A DNA stretch of 12,454 bases from a bacterium (GTDB lineage Bacteria > Zhuqueibacterota > Zhuqueibacteria > Oceanimicrobiales > Oceanimicrobiaceae), in assembly GCA_046758365.1 (NCBI GenBank), contig JBHIAC010000097.1:1-12454 (forward strand), in the 5' to 3' direction. This document shows positions 7,632-12,454 of the stretch, one piece after another (within the stretch, counting starts at the first letter, position 1; every line of letters begins with the position of its first letter). The notes under the pieces were generated by a model that was given only the letters and a program-made list of their open reading frames with translations, did not search any database and had not been told where the DNA came from. The position numbers were made by a program, and so were the translations under genes.

Positions 7632-7659
7632 AATGTAATAAAATATATTGTAAATGCAA
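7632..7659 (-). promoter_or_regulatory. Putative sigma70-type promoter (TTGCAT-16-TACATT) for smg-topA-xerC
   Basis: -35 at 7659-7654 and -10 at 7637-7632, ~50 nt upstream of the smg ATG. Same motif as at 77-105. Confidence 0.4.
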
Positions 7660-7750
7660 GTATTTTTAAAGTAAATTTTAGTCACTTATTTTACCTTTTA
7701 TAAAAATTTATATTCAAAGTGGTCATTACTTATTATTTATTTAATAGGAT

Positions 7751-10700
7751 TTATAAGGCTCCGTGACATCTTTTATATTTTTTGCCGCTTCCACAGGGAC
7801 ATGGGTCATTCCGGCCAATCTTTTCTCCAACGACAACTGGCTGTCTCTTACCACGCTGGGGCTGGCCCCCATCACTGGGCATAGCGCCTTCTACTGGAGC
7901 TCCAGTAAATCCCATTCCCACTGCTGAGTCATGAACAGCCGTCATTTGCTGAGGAAACCTTCTTTTAGTAACCACAGGCTCGGGTTGCACTTGAGCCTTA
8001 AAAATGAGCTCTAGAACTTGACTATTAATCATATCAAGCATTTCAGTAAACATTAGAAATCCTTCGGATTTGTATTCAAGCAAAGGATTCTTTTGACCAT
8101 ACGCTCTGAGTCCGATACCTTCTTTAAGTTGATCCATTTCATAAAGATGTTCTCTCCACCGTTCATCAATGACTCGAAGCATTGCTAAACGTTCTATCTG
8201 ACGCATTAATTTTTCACCAAATTCTTTTTCTCTTTGTTGATAATGTTTTTTTGCAGCAGTAAATAAGGTTTCAAATAGCTCAGACTGACTAATTCCAGTT
8301 ATATTCGTTTCAACTATAGGAATATCTAATAGTATAGATTTGCGGAAATCACGCCGCAAACTGTCCCAATCCCATTCTTCGGAATATGTTTTTTCATCTG
8401 TATACTGACTAATTTTATTTTCAATAAAATCACCCATCATCTCGATAATTTCTTCTCTTAAATTTTCACCTTTCAAGGCATGAGAACGGCGGTCATAAAT
8501 GACCTCCCTCTGTTGATTCATTACATCGTCATATTCGAGAAGATGTTTACGAATATCGAAATTATGACTTTCCACCCGCTTTTGGGCCCGTTCGATGGAT
8601 TTTGTAACCATTCTATGTTGAATTACTTCGCCATCCTCTACCCCAAGGCGATCCATGACCCCAGCAATCCTATCCGAACCAAATAATCTCATCAAGTCAT
8701 CTTCCAAAGAAAGGTAAAATCTTGAGGAGCCTGGGTCCCCTTGACGACCACTTCGACCACGTAACTGGCGATCTATTCGACGGGCCTCGTGCCTTCCGGT
8801 TCCAATTATGTGCAATCCACATGGGACATTCTCGAAACATTTAAATTCTTCTAAATATGGACAAATTTCCAGATCTTGACGAGGTTTAACTAAGGCGCAA
8901 TTAAAATGTTTGACAATGTCAGGTCCCAATTTAATATCTGTTCCTCTCCCTGCCATATTTGTGGCGATGGTCACAGCTCCGGGCTGACCTGCACGAGCAA
9001 TAATCTCCGCTTCCTTTTGATGATGTTTGGCGTTTAGCACGGAGTGACGAACACCTCGGCGCTTAAGCATCCGACTTAAAGTTTCTGATATGTCAACCGA
9101 AATGGTTCCCACCAAAACTGGACGCTTTTTTTCGTGCATTTCTACAATTTCATTTATTACCGCATTATATTTTTCCCGCTTGGTACGATAAATCTGATCC
9201 TCATAATCTAAGCGACGAACTGGTTCATTGGTTGGAATTACGACAACATCCAGTTTATAGATTTCCCAAAATTCTGCGGCTTCGGTTTCCGCAGTGCCAG
9301 TCATACCGGCTAATTTGTGATAGAGACGAAAATAGTTTTGCAATGTAATCGTGGCTAAGGTTTGAGTTTCTCGCTCAATCTTGACCCCTTCCTTAGCTTC
9401 CAATGCTTGATGGAGTCCATCGCTATACCTTCGTCCTGGCATGAGACGACCTGTAAATTCATCCACAATTAATACTTTGGCATCACTTACTACATATTCC
9501 ACATCTTTCTCAAATAGTGAATAGGCGCGTAAAAGTTGAGAAATATTATGCAGTCGTTCGCTTTTTTCAATATATTCTTCCTGGATTTTCGCCTTTTCTA
9601 CTAATTTTTCTTCAGCAGATAGGAATTCATTTGTTTCTATTTCATTTAATTTTTCAGAAAGATCAGGTAAGACAAACATATTTGGATCATTGGGAGAAAG
9701 GGCGTCTCTGCCCATCTCTGTCAAATCAATAGTGTGTGCCTTTTCGTCTATCGCGTAATACAATTCTTCGTCAATTTCATGCATTCGTTTGTCACGAAGA
9801 TAATCATTCTCAATCCGTCGAATGAGTTTTTTAACTCCTACTTCTTGAAGTATTTTACTTAATTTTTTGTTTTTTGGAGCGCCTCTTGAAGCTTGCAGCA
9901 ATTTAATGCCCGCTTCATATTCATTCCCATCAGCTATTAATTTTTCACCTTCAGCTAAAATGTGATTCACCAACATCGTTTGCTTTTTGACTAACTGCTC
10001 CACCCGGGGTTTCATCTCATCATATCGTTGATTAGAGTGCTCAACGGGTCCTGAGATGATCAGCGGCGTTCTAGCTTCATCGATCAGTACAGAGTCAACT
10101 TCATCAACAATAGCAAAATAATGTCCTCTTTGAACTTGGTCTTCTTTTCGGATAGCCATATTATCACGAAGATAATCAAAACCAAATTCGTTATTAGTGC
10201 CGTAGGTAATATCCGCTGAATAAGCCTGCTTCCGCTGCTCAGAATTCATATCATTTTGAATATAAGCCATCGTAAGTCCTAAGAGTTTGTAAATTTCACC
10301 CATCCATTCACAATCACGCCTCGCTAAATAATCATTGACTGTTATTAAATGGACGCCTTTACCAGCCAGAGCGTTGAGATATAAGGGCATAGTAGCCACT
10401 AAGGTTTTGCCTTCACCAGTGGCCATTTCAGCTATTTTGCCTTCGTGAAGTACAATGGCTCCGATAAGTTGAACATCGAAGGGTATCATATCCCACTCGA
10501 TTTCCAAATCACAAACCTTCCATTTCTTACCAACCAAGCGTTTACAGGCTTGTTTTACAACTGCATAGGCTTCAGGTAGGATTTCATCAAGTACTCTTTT
10601 TATAATATCATGTTCTTCTTGTTCTAAATTTTTAATTTCTTCCCTTAAATTGTCTGTATCCAACCTACCATCAGACTCACTTTGGTCTGATGGTTCATCT

Positions 10701-10945
10701 GCGCCATTACTGGAACTTATATCTGAATGTAGGCGCTCTTGCAATTTTTCTAATTCATCCCTAATTTCTTGTGTTGCTTGTGCGATTTTATCCTTAAAAT
10801 ATTGTGTTTTATTTCTTAAATCTTCATCGGTAAGATTGTGGAATTGCTCATAATATCGATTTATTTCATCTACACTGGGTTGAATGCGATTTATATCCCT
10901 TTCGTGTTTACTTCCAAAAACCTTTGTAACAATATTTCCAATCAT
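7751..10945 (-). CDS. secA: Preprotein translocase subunit SecA (long form, with SEC-C motif)
   Basis: [51 protein letters not shown] and C-terminal [13 protein letters not shown]. Start placed at the ATG at 10945 ([15 protein letters not shown] upstream) rather than 10972. Confidence 0.99.
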   Translation of the reverse strand: MIGNIVTKVFGSKHERDINRIQPSVDEINRYYEQFHNLTDEDLRNKTQYFKDKIAQATQEIRDELEKLQERLHSDISSSNGADEPSDQSESDGRLDTDNLREEIKNLEQEEHDIIKRVLDEILPEAYAVVKQACKRLVGKKWKVCDLEIEWDMIPFDVQLIGAIVLHEGKIAEMATGEGKTLVATMPLYLNALAGKGVHLITVNDYLARRDCEWMGEIYKLLGLTMAYIQNDMNSEQRKQAYSADITYGTNNEFGFDYLRDNMAIRKEDQVQRGHYFAIVDEVDSVLIDEARTPLIISGPVEHSNQRYDEMKPRVEQLVKKQTMLVNHILAEGEKLIADGNEYEAGIKLLQASRGAPKNKKLSKILQEVGVKKLIRRIENDYLRDKRMHEIDEELYYAIDEKAHTIDLTEMGRDALSPNDPNMFVLPDLSEKLNEIETNEFLSAEEKLVEKAKIQEEYIEKSERLHNISQLLRAYSLFEKDVEYVVSDAKVLIVDEFTGRLMPGRRYSDGLHQALEAKEGVKIERETQTLATITLQNYFRLYHKLAGMTGTAETEAAEFWEIYKLDVVVIPTNEPVRRLDYEDQIYRTKREKYNAVINEIVEMHEKKRPVLVGTISVDISETLSRMLKRRGVRHSVLNAKHHQKEAEIIARAGQPGAVTIATNMAGRGTDIKLGPDIVKHFNCALVKPRQDLEICPYLEEFKCFENVPCGLHIIGTGRHEARRIDRQLRGRSGRQGDPGSSRFYLSLEDDLMRLFGSDRIAGVMDRLGVEDGEVIQHRMVTKSIERAQKRVESHNFDIRKHLLEYDDVMNQQREVIYDRRSHALKGENLREEIIEMMGDFIENKISQYTDEKTYSEEWDWDSLRRDFRKSILLDIPIVETNITGISQSELFETLFTAAKKHYQQREKEFGEKLMRQIERLAMLRVIDERWREHLYEMDQLKEGIGLRAYGQKNPLLEYKSEGFLMFTEMLDMINSQVLELIFKAQVQPEPVVTKRRFPQQMTAVHDSAVGMGFTGAPVEGAMPSDGGQPQRGKRQPVVVGEKIGRNDPCPCGSGKKYKRCHGAL

Positions 10946-11016
10946 CCTATTTCCCCGATAAGTTAACCTCAATAATAGTTAAACCAAAATTCAGAATTTA
11001 GCCTCAAAATTTAAAA

Positions 11017-11170
11017 CTCTTAGATTCGGAAATTAATTGGGTGTGCCAGCGAATTACAAGTTAAAGCTTGAACATCGAAATAAATAGCCAGCGAATTGCA
11101 AGCTAAAGCTTGAACACCGAAATAATTTGTCCAAATCTGGGATCCATGAAATTACTTTTCCGAATCTGAG
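11017..11170. mobile_element. MITE-like element (154 bp) with terminal inverted repeats and a 6-bp flanking direct repeat
   Basis: Left CTC(TT)AGATTCGGAAA and right TTTCCGAATCTGAG are inverted. TTAAAA lies directly on both sides (11011-11016, 11171-11176). Confidence 0.6.
11045..11125 (+). repeat. 42-bp-period tandem duplication, each unit with a CAAGY-TAAA-GCTTG hairpin
   Basis: 11045-11083 versus 11087-11125: 36/39 identical. Confidence 0.9.
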
Positions 11171-11256
11171 TTAAAAATAAAGGATTGGCTCATAAATATT
11201 CCTATACTTATTTCTCAAATAATTATACCCAAAGTTATAAATAGAGTTCACTTAAT

Positions 11257-11706
11257 TCAACCTTCGTCCAAACCGCGCCCACTCTTATTCAAAAGACCTT
11301 TAGTTTTTAAATCCATCAAAATCCCGTCCAAAATCCCATTGATGAATTTGCCGCTATTTTCTGTACTATATTTTTTGGCAATTTCAATGGCTTCATCAAT
11401 TGAGACTTTTGGAGGGATATCCTCAAAATATAAAAATTCACAAATGGCTATTCGCATAATTAGTTTATCTAAAATAGCAATTCTTTCAAATTCCCAATTA
11501 AACGCTTTATCACTAATAATGTCATCAAAGTATCGTTTATGCTCAACGCTTTTTTTAAGTAATTCTATTGCAAACTGCTTGACTTTTTCTTCTTCAGGCC
11601 TAAAGAGGAGCATTTCTTCAATTATCTTGTCCACTGGATTGCCAGACATCTCTAGTGCATAAGAAGCCCTGAGGGCCAATTCCCGCGCTTTTCTCCTCTT
11701 GCTCAT
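11257..11706 (-). CDS. nusB: Transcription antitermination factor NusB
   Basis: RRKARELAL, WEFERIAILD, IPPKVSIDEAIEIAKKYS and FINGILD. Confidence 0.98.
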   Translation of the reverse strand: MSKRRKARELALRASYALEMSGNPVDKIIEEMLLFRPEEEKVKQFAIELLKKSVEHKRYFDDIISDKAFNWEFERIAILDKLIMRIAICEFLYFEDIPPKVSIDEAIEIAKKYSTENSGKFINGILDGILMDLKTKGLLNKSGRGLDEG

Positions 11707-11773
11707 GTTTCAACCAATTAAATTTAATAAATGATATTTTTGCATAATGGTAGGCGGCTAAAAATATTAAATC

Positions 11774-12012
11774 CTAGAGACGTGGCCGAAAACCCTGTTT
11801 TTTCGAAATTTGCAGCATGTAAGTCATTGTTTTTCAGTTCGATTATTTCTAAAGGACGTAGGACGGACGTCCAACGTCCTAAAGATCGATTTTTAGGCTA
11901 TGCCTCTAGAGACGTGGACGGTAAGTATATTTTTAGAAAAAACTCGATCAAAAAAACAATAACTTAGATGTTGTTAATTCTGCAAATTTGGGGTTTTCGT
12001 CCATGTCTCTAG
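11774..12012. mobile_element. MITE-like long imperfect inverted repeat (239 bp) bounded by CTAG
   Basis: 11774-11795 versus 11991-12012 inverted 20/22. AAATTTGCAG/CTGCAAATTT 10/10. 11816-11834 versus 11952-11970 17/19. TTTCTAAA/TTTAGAAA. An internal third end copy lies at 11906-11920. Confidence 0.7.
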
Positions 12013-12211
12013 TTTGGCGAAGCCACAATTCAATTAAAGCAATAGTCAGGAATTCTAACTAAAGCCAACAGATAGAAACAACCAATCGGATGGAAAAGCT
12101 AAAAAAATATCCGTTGGGTTTATTAATCCGTTGGAAGTATATTTTGGTAATAATTCTTTTCACAAAAAACAAAGATTTGTTCGATAATACTATAAAGGAC
12201 AATGGTACGTC

Positions 12212-12233
12212 CCGTAGGATATTTATCCAACGG
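12212..12233. repeat. REP-like hairpin CCGTAGGAT-ATTT-ATCCAACGG
   Basis: 9-position stem with one A-A mismatch. Same architecture as 11856-11877. Confidence 0.6.
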
Positions 12234-12293
12234 AGTAAAAATCCTAAGTCGTAAAAGTTGAAATTATTCTGTTTTTTGCATCAACATTATAAA

Positions 12294-12454
12294 TTAGTTT
12301 ATAAAGGTTAGCCAATCATATTTATCTTCAATTTCTCCAGCAAGGATACCAAAAAAGTGCTTTTGTGTTTTTTCAGTTATTGGTCCACGTCGCCCTTGTC
12401 CGATTGGTATCCGATCAATAGATTTAATGGGACTGACTTCAGCAGCACTTCCCG
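12294..12454 (-). CDS. ilvE: Branched-chain amino acid aminotransferase, C-terminal fragment
   Basis: Not in the ORF track. Manual translation gives GSAAEVSPIKSIDRIPIGQGRRGPITEKTQKHFFGILAGEIEDKYDWLTFIN*, matching the IlvE C-terminus (GTAAE-x-TP...GPVT...ED..GWL). Confidence 0.93.
   Translation of the reverse strand, partial: GSAAEVSPIKSIDRIPIGQGRRGPITEKTQKHFFGILAGEIEDKYDWLTFIN

Noticed and set aside
11045..11128. Possible mini CRISPR array
   Set aside because: Only two units, directly abutting with no unique spacer, and no cas genes.
1680..11662. Short plus-strand ORFs (1680, 3317, 5713, 7395, 8480, 9517, 10650, 11339)
   Set aside because: All are antisense shadows of well-supported minus-strand housekeeping genes.
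11731..11967. 78-aa plus-strand ORF
   Set aside because: Lies across the palindromic MITE-like element, has no recognisable motif or RBS, and opposes the local gene direction.
12366..12408. Short matches (GTCCACGTC, TCCGATTGGT, TGTTTTTTCAGTT) to the upstream repeats
   Set aside because: They fall inside the ilvE coding sequence and are only 9-13 bp.

Overview
AT-rich bacterial chromosomal window. All real genes lie on the minus strand, in transcription order: ilvE (3' end only), nusB, secA, smg/DUF494, topA, xerC-like recombinase, hpf, hprK, mannose-family PTS EIIA and EIIB, a 110-aa helical hypothetical protein, and the 5' end of an NAD-dependent epimerase/dehydratase. The SecA insertions and gene order suggest an FCB-type lineage such as KSB1/Calditrichota (inference only). 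The coding content is housekeeping, and the unexplained structure is intergenic. (i) A ~150-nt three-stem RNA-like element at 117-263 sits directly behind a plus-strand sigma70-like promoter. (ii) There are two MITE-like elements: 11017-11170, with a TTAAAA flanking duplication and a 42-bp tandem repeat, and 11774-12012, bounded by CTAG. (iii) A repeat unit that is contiguous at 1044-1131 recurs, split by nested insertions, at 11741-12295. (iv) A small hairpin motif with compensatory changes interrupts the same TAAAGGAC^GTCC site twice. Protein-level oddities are a 4-Cys insert and an E->G motif change in SecA, an Asp->Ser change in EIIA, and no adjacent EIIC/EIID. No transposase, reverse transcriptase or CRISPR array is visible.
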